Of a DNA stretch of 64,000 bases, positions 1 through 12,859 are shown in pieces. This stretch comes from Lama glama (taxonomy: Eukaryota). The stretch spans positions 102,054,001 to 102,118,000 of the forward strand of contig CM052817.1 of NCBI GenBank assembly GCA_028534125.1, in the 5' to 3' direction. The notes beneath the pieces are model-generated. The model had not been told where the DNA came from. It saw only the letters and a list, made by a program, of their open reading frames with translations, and did no database searches. Position 1 is the first letter of the stretch. Each line of letters starts with the position of its first letter. A program made the position numbers and the translations under genes.

Positions 1-280
1 TATAAAAATCATATTTTCCAGAACAGAAATAAATTTAGTGAGAAGAGTAACACTGTTTTGTACTTTTGCAAAATTTTTCAATGTTTTGACTTAACAGAAG
101 ACAACCAGATTGTCAGATCTGCTTCTGCAGATTGAATCTGTTGCAATTTCATATATCATGTAGCCTCTGGAAAACTCCACTGTACATGCACAAAAGAAAG
201 AGTGAAAAAGCAAAATAATGGCTGAATATTATGCAAATAGTTTTGACCTTGTAGGTTTCTAGAAAGGGTCTTGGGAAAGT
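1..280 (+). mobile_element. hAT-Charlie non-autonomous DNA transposon (Charlie1b/MER119-like), 3' part
   Basis: Recognised motifs tttagtgagaagag..., gtagcctctggaaaactccactgtaca and atagttttgaccttg...gaaagggtct. Aligns by eye to 7350-7620. Confidence 0.75.
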
Positions 281-669
281 CTGTTTGCTTTCCCAAGACA
301 TAACAATACTGCTTTCTTTGTTTTATGTATGAAAGGTACACATTAAATTTTTCATGACCGTGCACCTATTCCTTCATCCATGATCTTCAGATTTTTGGCA
401 AATAGGAGGGTTCTCCCAGGTGCCTCAACGGCCCCCCCCCACCCCATTCTCCTCAGTCATCCAGAGTATGCAATGGAAACTTCATAGGCCATTTCTGGCT
501 GCTCTCTTGGCATTTATACCACACTGCCATCTCCCCCATCCCTTTCCCATTTTGTAATCTAGTCCCTTGGAATAGACATACGATGCAAAACCTGTACCTC
601 TGCCTGCGTTACAGGATGGGGAAGCATTCTTCATCCTCTTGACCTGAGGGCATCTATTTGCTTTTCCCA

Positions 670-892
670 TGATGTAGAGGAGTGAATATAGGCTTTAGAA
701 TTAGGCTTGAGCTGAAATCTAGTTCTGCCATTTATGTGGCTGTGGGCACATTAATTAATATCTTTGATCCTCATTTTCCTTGTTTATAAAATAAGGACAA
801 TTTATGTGATTGGTGTATGGATTAAATGTGATAATGTATGTATTTCTTGTGAGACTTATGGTAGTCATTCAAAAATGGTAACCATTATTATT
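670..892 (+). mobile_element. MIR SINE
   Basis: Core-like ctagttctgccattta...cctcattttccttgtttataaaataagg...ggattaaatg, with a tail ending ccattattatt. Confidence 0.75.
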
Positions 893-1013
893 AGACAAGA
901 GCATTAGAATTACTCATAAACTTGGGAGAAAAAATAATAAAAAAAGATTCTTTTGAGAAAGAAATGATTACTTTTCACTGTTCATTTGTTTATGTGAAGG
1001 AATTTCCATTAGT

Positions 1014-1135
1014 TAGTGTTCTCCATCTTTTTGTTTTGAGGATCTTGTTACATTCTTATAAGCCCTTGAGACCACTAAAAGAACTTCTGTTTATGTGGGT
1101 TCTAGCTACTAATATTTTCCATATTAGAATTGTTT
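1014..1135 (+). mobile_element. hAT-Charlie non-autonomous element, 5' piece
   Basis: tagtgttctccatctttttg...aaaagaacttctgtttatgtgggtt...catattagaa matches the recalled Charlie1-type 5' end. Confidence 0.65.
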
Positions 1136-1149
1136 TCCTTTCTTCATTT

Positions 1150-2789
1150 TTAAAGTCTAATTTACATTTATCCTGAAAATGATAAAAAAGTAAAATTTAT
1201 ACTTTTAAGTTTTATATTTAAATCTATGGTCCATTTTTGAGTTAATTTTTGTATAGAGTACAAGAAATGAATCAAAACTCTTTTAGGGAGGTGGCACATG
1301 GTAATCCAATTGTTCCAACACCATTTTTTGAAAAGAGCATCTTTTCTCCATTGAATTATCTTTGCTTCTTTGTTGAAAATATATTTTCACATATAAGTTG
1401 GCCTATTTTTGTATACTTTTTTCTGTTTCAATGATCTATATGCCTACCTTTCACTAATACTACACTGTCCTGATTACTGTAGCTTTATACAGTAAGTCGT
1501 GAAATCAAGTAATGTGAGTTCTTTATTTTTTCTTTACAAAATTAGACTACTAGTTCCTTTGAATTATCATATATATTTTAGAGTCAACTTTCCAATTTCT
1601 ACAAAAAAAATTATTCTGGGATTTTAATTGGAATTGCATTGGATCTATTAAATAGTTTGTGGAGAACTGATATTTTAACATCATTTGATCTTCCAATCTG
1701 TTGACATATTTCTTGATTTATCTATGCATTCTTTGATATTTTTCATCAAAATTCTTAAACTTTCAGTGTATAGATTTTGCATGCATTTTCTTAGATTTAT
1801 ACCTAAGTATTTTATGTTTTTGGTGCTAAAATCAATGGCTCTTTTAAAAGATTTCATTTTCTGATCATTTATTACTAGCATATAGAACTTCACATAATTT
1901 TGTACTTAGATCTTTTGTCTTGTGATTTTGCTAAACTCATTTATTAATGCTTGGAGCTTTTTTCCTGTTTTGTTTTTTTTATAGATTCTTTGAGATTTTC
2001 TACATAAGACAAACATGTTGTCTATGAATAGAGACAATTTTATTTCTTCCTTTACAATCTACATACTTTTAATTTATTTTTCTTGCCTTATTGTAATGGC
2101 TAGGACCTATATTTTGATATTGAATAGAACTTATTAAAGCACGCATCTTTATTTTGTTCTCCTTCTTAGGGAAAAAGCATTCAGTATTTCTCCATTAACT
2201 GTGATGTTAACTCTAGGTTTTTGTAAATGACCTTTATCAAGTTGAGGAAGTTTCTTTTATTAACTTATTAAGAGTTTTTATAAAGAATGGATGTTAACTT
2301 TTGTAAAATGCTTTTTCTGCACCTATTGAAATGATCGTATGGTTTTTACACTTTCACTTGAATTACATTCAATTATTTTCAAGTGTTGCACCAGCCTCAC
2401 ATTCCTACAATAAACCTCACTTGCTCATTGTGTGTTATCCTTTCTACATATTTGGGGGTTTAATTTACTAAAAGTTGTTAAGAATTTTTGTTTCTATTTT
2501 CATGATGGAAATTGATCTATACTTTTCCTGTAATGTTTTCTTCTAGTTTTGGTATCAGGTAAGCCTGACTTCATAAAATAAATTGAAAAATATTCTCTCC
2601 TCTTCAACTTTCATGAAGAATTTGTGTAGAATATATATTACTTATTGGTAGTAGAATTCACCAATGAAGCTATCAGGTTTTGGAATTTCCTTGAGAATAG
2701 ATTTCTAAATACAAATTCAGTTTGTTTAACAGGTATAAGTCTAATCCAGTTATCTATTTCTTTTTGAGTGAGCTTTGGTAATTTGTGTC
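1150..2789 (-). mobile_element. Old L1 (L1M), degraded ORF2 region
   Basis: T-rich antisense L1 sequence. ORF 1681..1893(-) contains KNIKYLGINL...NLYTE, an L1 ORF2 RT-region motif. Confidence 0.85.
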
Positions 2790-3355
2790 TGTTATGGGTT
2801 GAATTATTTTACCTCAAAATTTGTATTTTGAAGTCCTAAAACTCAGTACCTCAGAATGTGACTTTGTTGGAAAATAGATCTTTTCAGATGTAATTAGTTG
2901 AAATGAGGTCATACTGGAGTACAGTGGGCCCCTAATACAGTATGACTGGTATCCTTATAAACAGAATGTCACAAAAGGGAGGAAGAGGAAGACAATGTGA
3001 AGACACAGGGAGAATACTGTGTGAAGATAAAGGCAGAGATCAGGGTTTCCTGGGTGGACCTGACGTAATCACAAGAGTCTTTTAAGAGGGAGGCAGGAGG
3101 TCAGAAAAGAGAGAATGCTACACTGCTGGCTTTCAAAATGGAGGAAGGGACATGGGGCAAGGAGTGTAAGCCGACTCTAGGAGTCAGAAAATGCAAGGAA
3201 ACAAAATTTCCCCTAAATCCTCCAGAGTAAACACAGCTCTGTGGGCCCATTTTATAATTTTGACCTCCAGAACTGTAAGAGAATAGATTTGTATATATTT
3301 TTTAAGCCACTAAATGTGTGGTAACTTGTTACAGCTGCAATAAGAAACTAATACA
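2790..3355 (+). mobile_element. MaLR LTR (MLT1 family, apparently an MLT1C/MLT1D composite)
   Basis: Starts tgttatgggttgaatt. Contains cagaatgtgac, atgaggtcatactggagta and cctccagaactgtaagagaata. Ends aagccactaa...ttgttacagc...aaactaataca. Confidence 0.85.
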
Positions 3356-4660
3356 ATATTCATACCTTTCGTATTTTTCCGATGGTTGCTTTAAGGTTGA
3401 TAGTATATGTATTTAGCTTATTATAGTCTGCATTCAAGTAATATTATATAAATTCATGCACATTATAAGAACCTTAAGATTTATATTTCTGTTTCCCCTA
3501 TCCCAGTCTCTGTCCCAGTGTTGTCATGCCTTTTTATTTTATATTTGTTATAAATCCCACCATATATTGTATTGATTTTATTTTAATACACAATGTTGAA
3601 ATTTAGACAAATATATTTTATATTTACCCACATTTTTACTATTTCCAGGAATATTTGTTCCACCACGTACATGCATATTTCCCTGTAGTGTTATTTCTCC
3701 TCTGCCTGAGGACTTTGACATTTTCTGCAATGCAGGTATGCTGATGATGAATATTTGGGGGTTTTAAATATCTGAAAAAGTCTTTATTTTTAAAAGGTAT
3801 TTTTCCTCGTATAGAATTCTAAGTTGCATTCTTTCTGATGATAAATACACTTTCATTTTCAATATAAACCATATTATCTAGTGTTATTGCATGTTTATTT
3901 TTTTTTTTGATTGGATGCAGACATTGTGAGTTTTACCTTGTTGGCTATTGGATATTCTGACATATTTAAAAATATTTTTGAGCTTTATTCTGAGATATAG
4001 CTAAGTTGTTAGTAAATAACTTGACACATTTGAGGTGGACTGAGGTGCATTTTTAAACTTTGTTAAGTGTGAATGAAACAGCTTTTATTCTAAGGCTAAT
4101 TTTGCCCCACTACAGATACCAAGCACTTCTGCCCAGTGCCTTACATATTACAGTTTTTTTTTCATTATGACTCATGGGAACACAAACTATTCCTGGTCAT
4201 GTGTGAGCCCTGTGGATTATTCCGAGTGTTCCTTTTAGGTAGTTCTTTTCCAGTGTTGTGTAGTTTTTTGTTTGTTTTTTAAGCCATGTACTCATCAGTA
4301 TGCAGCTGAAGATTTGAATGGGCTCTCTGCACATTTCCTGTGTTCTGTCTCTGGGCAGCTTTCTGTTCTCCAGTACTCTTCCCTGTGAACTCTAGTAACT
4401 CTAGCCTTCCTAAGCTCCCAGCTCCACTTTCTGAACACAGAGAGATCACTAAGCTCCACCTAGATTTCTTCCTGTCTGCCTTGAGGCCCGGAAATTCTCT
4501 CAAGGAAGTAATCTGAGGCAATTGTTGGACTCTCCTTGTTTATTTCCCCTCTCTTAGTATCACAGTCCTGTGATACTTGTCCAATGTCTAAAATCATTGT
4601 TTCTTTTCTTTTCTTTGTTTAATTTAAGAGGGTATTTACGTATCCCTGTTGCTTCAACTT
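3356..4660 (-). mobile_element. Old L1 (L1M), 5'/ORF1-side remnant
   Basis: Antisense L1 features such as gcaggtatgctgatgatgaat, tatagaattctaagttg and agacattgtgagttttaccttgttgg. Confidence 0.6.
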
Positions 4661-4836
4661 GGAAGTGAAGTTACTTTACATCAGAAATTAAAAATAAGTT
4701 ATTTTTTAAATGTTTATTTAAATATAACAATATTATACTTTTACTTACTAACATAAATAACATATTTTTATAGATTTTTTGAAACTTCTTAACACACACG
4801 TGCATTTAGAGAGTACACATTCCATTAATTCCATTC

Positions 4837-5010
4837 ACACACACACACACACACATAATGATAACTATGTAGATTTGGTGGGTAAATTATTTAGCTTGAT
4901 TGTGGTGATCTTTTCACAGTACATACATATATCAAAACATCAGTTATACACCTTGAATATACATAATTTTCATATGTCAAAGTTATCTCAATAAGGTTCT
5001 TCTTAAAAAA
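4837..5010 (+). mobile_element. (CA)n followed by an L1MA-type 3' terminus
   Basis: ataactatgt...tagcttgattgtggtgatc...atcaaaacatca...tacaccttgaatatacataatttt...tatctcaataa. Confidence 0.75.
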
Positions 5011-5159
5011 CACAGGCAAGTGGGAGGAGAAGGAAATTAACTATATTTTCCTGGACAAAAAAGCCCATTTAGTACACTTCTGCTTACATATCAGGATGTA
5101 ATAAGCTGGGAGAAAGATGCTCTCATCCTTACTATGAAAAAGATCCAGGCTGACTCCTA

Positions 5160-7330
5160 ATTTACATCTTATGTAAAATTAACTCAGAGTAGACCATACA
5201 CATAAATATAAAACACATAATTATAGAAATTCTAGAAGAAAACATCGGAGAATTTGTGTGACATTTGGTTTACCAGAGAATTTTAAATACAACACCAAAG
5301 CACAATCCAAAGAAGAAAAAAATGATAAATGGGGCTTACACAAAAACCTATATGTGAATGTGCATAATAGGTTTATTCATAATTGCCCAAACTTGGAAAC
5401 AACAGAGATGTCTTTCAATGGATGAATGGATAAACCAATTGTACATCAATACAAAGGAAAACTCTTTATTAAAAACAACACACCATTGATTCATTAAAAA
5501 AATGGATACATTTCACTCAGTAAAAGAAGCCAGACCCAAAATATAACATTCTGGAGAAGGCAAAACTATAGGGATGGAAAACATATCAGTGACTGCTAGG
5601 CATTGCAGTAGCGGGGAGGGACTGACTATAAGAGAACAGCATGAGAGACATTTAGGAGTCATTTAGGAACTATTCTGCATAGTGTCTTGGTAGTGGACTT
5701 GTCAAAATCCATAGAACTATACACCAAAATGAGTGAATTTTATTGTATGTAAACAAGTAGAAAATCAACAAGAATACTGGGAAACTCAAGATGGAGTATA
5801 GATTGTGATAAGTATGTTGAACTACATTACAAAATGTATGACATAATGACAATGAAGAACGTACGGACCAAAGGAGCTGGCCTAACTTTGGAAACTGTGT
5901 TTACTGGATACTGTGATGCCAAATACAAAAATAATTTTATGCAAACACTGTATTTTAGTTGGTACATTTGTTTCTCACAGAAGTCTGGGTTAGAAGTTCT
6001 GAATTTCCTTTACATGTATATTAGAGTTGAACAAATTAATAGCCAGGTTTCTCACTGTAACAGAAAGAAATTATAAATAAGCAAAGGGGAGATTCTAGAA
6101 TGAGCCATGTGCTGCTGGATTGGATTTGGAGGTATTCATATGAACTCATGTGTTTTAAAAAAAATAGATGGTAGATAGATAGGCAGACAGATAGACATGA
6201 GTTAGTATACATACATATATGTTTGCTTTAGTGTCTAAAGGCAGTGACACTCTCACAGCAATGAGCACTTCCAGCACTCAGAGATCTTGTTTTCTAGATA
6301 CCTTCTCTAGTAAAAAGGAACCAGGGTTCCCTGGAGAACTGATTGATTCCAGGGTTGGAGCAGAAAAAGTACAAAATGATGCTTGAACATTTTGTAGTGT
6401 CAGAAAGTAAAGAAGTCTCAAAGGACCCATGAGCCAATATGAAAGAATTCCCAATGGCCAAAGATGGAACAATTTGAGGAGTAAAATAATTAATAATAAT
6501 ATTTTATGCAATCCAAAGAATAAAATAAATGTCCATGAATCCATACTGATATAAATAAATACCTGAATAAATAAATATGTGAGGGGTAAAGAAAACCATA
6601 AGATTATTTAAATTAAATTTTAGATGAAATTTGAGGGAAATAGAAAATCATCATTAGAACGTCACAATAATAATTACTTCTGGGAAGATCTACCAACAAA
6701 TGCTGAAATTAGTTGACAAAAGTTCAACTAGAAACAAGGTGTCTGTATAGACAAAATATGTGTTGAATACAAAGGGAAAGTAGTAACTTTGCTGGAGAAA
6801 CCTGCTTAGATGCAATCTTAACCAAACAATAAAATTGATCATTACCAGTAACAAGACATATGGCTAAGATATATTTCCAAAGGAGGGCACTTCACTATCT
6901 CTGTGGCATTCTTCCCCCAAATCCAAAATTCCAATCCAATCATGAGAAAATATCAGACAAACCTAAACTCAGGGACATTCTCCAAAATACCTGACTGTGT
7001 ATTATTAAAAAATACCAGGGTCATGAGGACAAGGAAAGATGAAGAACCATCACAGATCAGAGGAGACAAAAGAAATATGACAACTAGTGATGTATCCTGG
7101 ATTGGATGCTGGATCAGAATAAGGATATTAGTGCAGAAACTGATGAAATCTGAATAAATTCTGAAGTTTAATTCATAGTATTGTACCGATGTTAATTTCT
7201 TAGTTTTGATCACGGCATCATGGTTACCTGAAACGTTCACAGGAGAAGTTGGGTAAAGTGTGTACCACAACTGTTAGCACTATCCTTGTTGCTCTTCTGT
7301 AAGTTTCAAATGATTTCAAAACAAAAAAAT
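5160..7330 (+). mobile_element. L1MC/MD-type 3' ORF2 end and long 3' UTR
   Basis: aaaattaactca, gatgaatggataaac, ggcaaaactatagg, gtcaaaatccatagaactatacacc and gatgttaatttcttagttttgat, ending in an A-rich tail. Confidence 0.8.
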
Positions 7331-7349
7331 TTTCAGAAGCTAAAGAAAC

Positions 7350-7620
7350 AAAGTAGTGAGAAAAGCAGCCTTGTTTCACATTTTTGAAAAATCTATTTAA
7401 TGAATGCCTTAATGAAAGTCAGCTGTTTTCTGAATTTCACATTCAGTCTGTTGCAATACTGTGTGTCATACAGCTTCTGGAAAACCCCACCATACACTTG
7501 TGTGAAAAATGAGAGTGAAAAAGGCAAATAACAGTATCATTACAAAAGTGATTCTGACTTTGTGGATTCCTGAAAGGGTTTGTGGATCCCCGAGCCCTGG
7601 AACACACTCAAGAATCATTG
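7350..7620 (+). mobile_element. hAT-Charlie non-autonomous element, 3' piece
   Basis: tagtgagaaaag...cagcttctggaaaacccc...gagagtgaaaaaggcaaataac...cctgaaagggt...cacactcaagaatcattg (terminal repeat). Similar to 1-280. Confidence 0.75.
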
Positions 7621-10600
7621 CGTTAGAGTAACACTCTTAAATGCTCTTTACCACTCAACGGTGATCGGTGACTTTGGGAGACGGAATTGGGCCTCTGCTT
7701 TCTTCTTGAGGAGATGCCTGCCTGCAGAAGGTTTATGCTCTGGGGGTGAATGTTTAATTCAGAAGAATGCTGTCAACCCCATTTTTGGCTGTACCTAAAC
7801 TATATTGAACAAATGGCTTTATTACCACCAAATTTGACTTTCTGATCTCTATCTACAGGAGCTCTGCCCTGTATTTCAGTTAGTTCAGAATTCAGATTGG
7901 GACCAGAAGTGTTATTTCCTTTCTGAAGTCACAACGTGAGCTTTGTGTGCCTCGGTGACTAGCTGTAGCCCACAATTGAAGGACAAAGGAGGCCAAAGTG
8001 GCAATAAACAGGAAGTGATGGGGAAAAAAATGCCCGGAGTGTTCTGGCCCACCAGAGAAATCCTTGGATTCTTTCTCTGAGCTCACTCCAGCCCAAAGAA
8101 TGGCCTATTCTTTGTGTGATATCTGTAATGCTAGATGCACTTAGGTTCAAAAGCATTAATAACAAAGTAAATGACTATCATATGTGTCCAGTTATAAAAC
8201 TTCTCTTTCTCCCATGACAAAAGCTCAGCTGCTCATTTTCACTCTGAAGTTCCAATTCATCTTCCTCTCAAACTAACTTCTGGGGGGAGATGGCCGTTTC
8301 AATATGGCATCCTATGAATGAGAAACGAAGGCCTGGCAGCTCAGACGTGTAGCCCCTTCCAAACTCAGAAGACAGCCGCTGCCCACAGAGTTGATAATTA
8401 CAACGTGTTCTAAAATCCTGCTTTGTGCTGAATTTTTGAGGTACCTCTGAAACTAAACTTGTACAATCTGTTTCTGTTTTACCATAATTCCTCTTTAATT
8501 TGTACTCCACTAATCCAGAATTTTACATAATTGAAACACCACTCCTATGATTCCTATTTAATAGAAAATTGAAAATTATTTCCTTATTGAAAATGTTTTG
8601 GACCCATAAAATAAAAAATCTGTTCAAAGCAATTTTTTATTATTTCAAAATAAGACCTGAAAGATTAAAGAAAGTTTTCTTTTGCCTCCAGGTCTAGCAA
8701 TCCCCTTCCTTATAAAAGTCTTTGGAATTTTTAGTGTGAGCCTATTAAGAACCATAACTCCTCCCCTTCATTCCATTTATAAATATTCAGTACTACTTTA
8801 TCTGTACTTTGTAAAAGAAAAAAAATTTGATTTCATTAAGAAATATTCTGTAAATTAAATTCTCTTTAACTAGTCTTTTGGTTTAATGATATTTTGCTAC
8901 AAAAGAAAAATGTGTGTACATGGTGCTTATAATTATTTAGTTATAAGTAATTACAAATGAATAATGCTGCTGACACATACAAGTCAAAGGACACTTAGAC
9001 AACATATTTATTCCCTGATTTTGGTGACACAAACATTTATGTCCTCATCTCTGAGGCACAGAGTTTCTTGTATAGTCACCCATTTTGAGATATTTAGAAC
9101 ACTTTAAAATTTTGTGCCCATTGCAAAAGCTAACACTAATGGTTTAACATAAACCATTAGTGTAACTTGAAAGGTTTTGTGTTAAAAAAAAATTACTCAG
9201 TTTTTATGCTTCAAAAATGAAGATGTTTCTATACGCCTTTCACGCATCTCAAGTTCTTGGGGGCTAAGAATGATTTGAGAAATGATCAGTATCATGTTAC
9301 AAAACCACTTGGAACCTGTGTGAATCAATTACCTTCTTCCTTTTCCTGATTTTGAAGCTGATTCTGAAAATGATGAAATGTACTTATACACCATACTTTA
9401 AGTGTCTGCTTCGGACTATTTCGTGAGGATTTTTTCAATTTTAACTCCTTCGGTACTAGAAGTCTCTTCCCATTACCAAATCCCTATGTACAACATTGTT
9501 TCATTCCCAAAGAGAACACCCCCTTTGGGGGCTCCAAAGTATTTACTCTATGAGGACAAGTGGCTTCACTAAAAGAGACAACTGGCCACGTGTCAAATGA
9601 TGACATTTCAATGCACTTGTTTAATTTGGGCCAAAAACAGACGCAAAGTTAAACAACCTGAGCAAGTAAAAGGCAATTGAAGTTGACCCTTTTAAAATAG
9701 AGACAATGAGCATGAAAAATCAAGATGAATACATCACTTCAATTTCATGGGCACTGCAAATTAAAAGCAGGCCACTGCCATTCTGCTTTAATTTAATGAA
9801 TAAAATGTTTTCATTGTCTCAAAAACCAGTTTACTTTCAATAACATTCATGATATATTTTTCTTGGTTTCTGTGGCTCTTTGGAAAAGCACCAGCGAGAA
9901 TTGTTGGCTATGGAAAAGACAATTCACTTAGCCATTTACTGGGCTACAGAGGGTGGTAGAAAGCAAGTCTCTCCAGATCAATTGCTATTGGCCATTAAAC
10001 ATACATAGTGCTTCTCTTTAGGCTAAATTTATCCAGCATGTTTGTATTTCAGGATGAAATCTGAAAAGTGACTGATGGCAGGGAGACAGGATAAGATCTA
10101 TTTCACACCAGATTTGCCGTTCAAGCTAGCTTGCGAACTAAATATTTCCAAGAGAAGTTTTCATCAACTTAGATTGGACCAAGGCTTGTGGCCACAGACC
10201 ACAGACACTCTGCCTCCCAGCTGGCTTCCCCTATCAGTATTAGTGCAGTGGGGCTGTCAGATTTCAGCAGGATGAGGTGGCCAGAGAGTGCATCTGCTCC
10301 GCTGTGCCTCTGTTCCTACCCATTCTCCACACTGCTGCACCCTCACCCCCAGCAAAGGCTGACGGAGCAACTGTCTACAATGGACGGCATTAGTGAGGAA
10401 GCCCAGCAGAGGAAAAGAGATGTATACGAAGCTAAGCAGAGTCACCCTCTGAGGCAGGGCCAAGCCCAGCGCTTCCTGAGACTCTTCAGCACTACTTCCG
10501 GTCTTCTGGAAGCTCAACGGACATGGGTGATCTTGACACAAGCTAGATAATGGTAGAGAACAATGGATTGCAAGTGTTTTCATGAAAATACAGGGTTTCA

Positions 10601-12859
10601 GTCCCCTGAAGCTTTGTAGAAAGTATACAAGGCTGCTGACAAAAGAGACTATCTTGAGAGCATGTTATTTAAAAGAATCTTTGGATGCCTGTGATAAGAG
10701 AAGAAGCCCCTTGGAGAAGTTCAGCTGTTCCTTCCACAGGAAAGCAACAGGAGGCACAGTTTGGGCTCCTGGATATTCCAGAAGCTGAGGAGGGTCATAG
10801 ATGTCACTGACGCTGTAAGAAGGTCACAAAGGTAAAAACAATAAGGACAGCAAAATCTTCTTCTGTTCCTCAGCCTCCCTCCCTGAGTGGGGCTCTTAGC
10901 CACCCTCCTTACTAACCTCCCTTCCCCATTATTTCCACCCTCGATTCCTCTGTCTTTTTCCTCTGCTGAAAAGTTTCGGGAACCCCTCCGGGATAGTAAC
11001 TAACTTTGACCTTGAATAGTTGATTGCATGGAGTATATGTGGTCAACTTTATTGGAGTACATAAAAATGATGACGACTTCCTCAGTTATTTCAAGTCCCC
11101 CTAGCTCTGCTGCTGGTAAATCAGAGCGATCCCAAGAGTTACAAAAGGAGAGAAAAACAGGAATAAAAAACTGGGAGGTACAAAGGTAGGGTGGGGGTGG
11201 TGGCAGGGGAAATAGAAGCTGAGAAAGCACACAACTCAACAGACATAGATTTAAATCCTTTTTGTTATTAAATAATTATATGATGTCAAAGTAAGTGAAG
11301 CTCACCTGTCCTCAGTGAGCTCACCTGTCTACTGGGCAAAATTTCACTACAGCTTTTTTCTCTCAGAGTTATTGACAGAATTAACCGAGATAATACTAAA
11401 AACACTTTGGAAATAAGAACCAAACAAATGCAAGGTGGCATAAAATGCCATCTCCAAAGGAAGGCAGTAAGACTCTAGAAAACATTTTCTAAACTGCATT
11501 TTTCAACATTGTTTTTTTTTTTCCCAGTAATTTACGCCTTCAGGGAAACCAAAACTGAAAACAGCTCCATCTCATCGCTCATCTCGTTGACTGAGAGCAC
11601 CATTTTCTGCTCCTTCTTAACACATAGATACCTTGCTTTCATCAGGAAGAGCTCTTGCACTCACGCCCTTAGTTCAGTTATGCTTTGTTCCAGATAGTCT
11701 ATGTGATTAATGTGGGCAACTTCTAACTACATCTTCTAACTGCATCTGTAGCATTTTTAACTACGCTGAAGGGATGATTGCAGTCTGAAAACGAGAGTGG
11801 GTAATTTCAAGGACTTGTTTCGGAAAAGCAGGGGATGGAAGCAATGGAAATGTCATGAAATCCTTTGTTTCAAGTCAGTGCATTACCAAGTTGAGGGCAG
11901 GAAGAAGAGATAGGGAAAGAAGAAAGGAAAAGGACCCTACTACAGGAGAAATCACAAAAACTGGGGCAGTCAAGTAAGCCCAATAATGATAGAAATCAAA
12001 AATAAGTTGTGAGGAGATCAAGGAAAATCATGCAGGGGAGCAGAGAAAAAGCGCCATGGGAGGAAGCTGATAATTAAAAACACAAAGAATGAAAATGAAC
12101 CACAACTGACTAGGAAGATGAAAGGAGAAAAATGGAAAAAGAAAATGGTTTTGGTAAAAAGATCATGATAGAAAAAGGAAAACACTTCCAACAAAAAAGC
12201 AAGTTTTTTAAAAAATGAAAAGATAACTCAAGAACAAAAAGGGGCCCAAGGAGATGTCTCAGACTGGATGACAGAAGAAGAAAACTATAACACAAAATAG
12301 GAAAAGAAAGAAACAAAACATATGGGGCAAATAAATTGAGCCAGAAACACATGAAAAAAAAAATCATAGAATATACCTATTTTATTCAAACACTGATAAA
12401 AGGATGGAGCTCTGAGAGTAATAAAATGTGATTCACTATTCCACCACGTGCTCTTCTATCTCTGTTGGCAGCTTCAGCATTGCTAATTTTTTTGAGTGAC
12501 AACCTCTTGTCTTTGCCATTTCCCCCACTTTTTAAAGCTTTCCCTCCCTGGGGGACCACATATTATTCTTATAGAATCAGTTTAAAGAATGCGTCAAGAA
12601 ACTATGGTTTCAAGGCTTAAGAAAGTGCTATTCCAAAATTTCCTCTAAGCTGAAAAATATTAGAAGCCTTAGATCAAATGGTGGTCAATATCTAGGATGT
12701 GGTCCAACAGTTTTATATCTGTAGAAGGTAATAAAGGCAAGTTATAGTGTATTTGGAGGACAAAATGCGATCAGACACTTAGAACATTGTTTGGCATCTA
12801 ATACATGTACAATAAATGTTAGTTACTATTAGCAAATAAATTTAGTTTATATCAAATCA

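Noticed and set aside
10075..10788. Cluster of 66-120 aa ORFs
   Set aside because: They overlap on both strands in a GC-richer patch, with no recognisable domain or exon structure.
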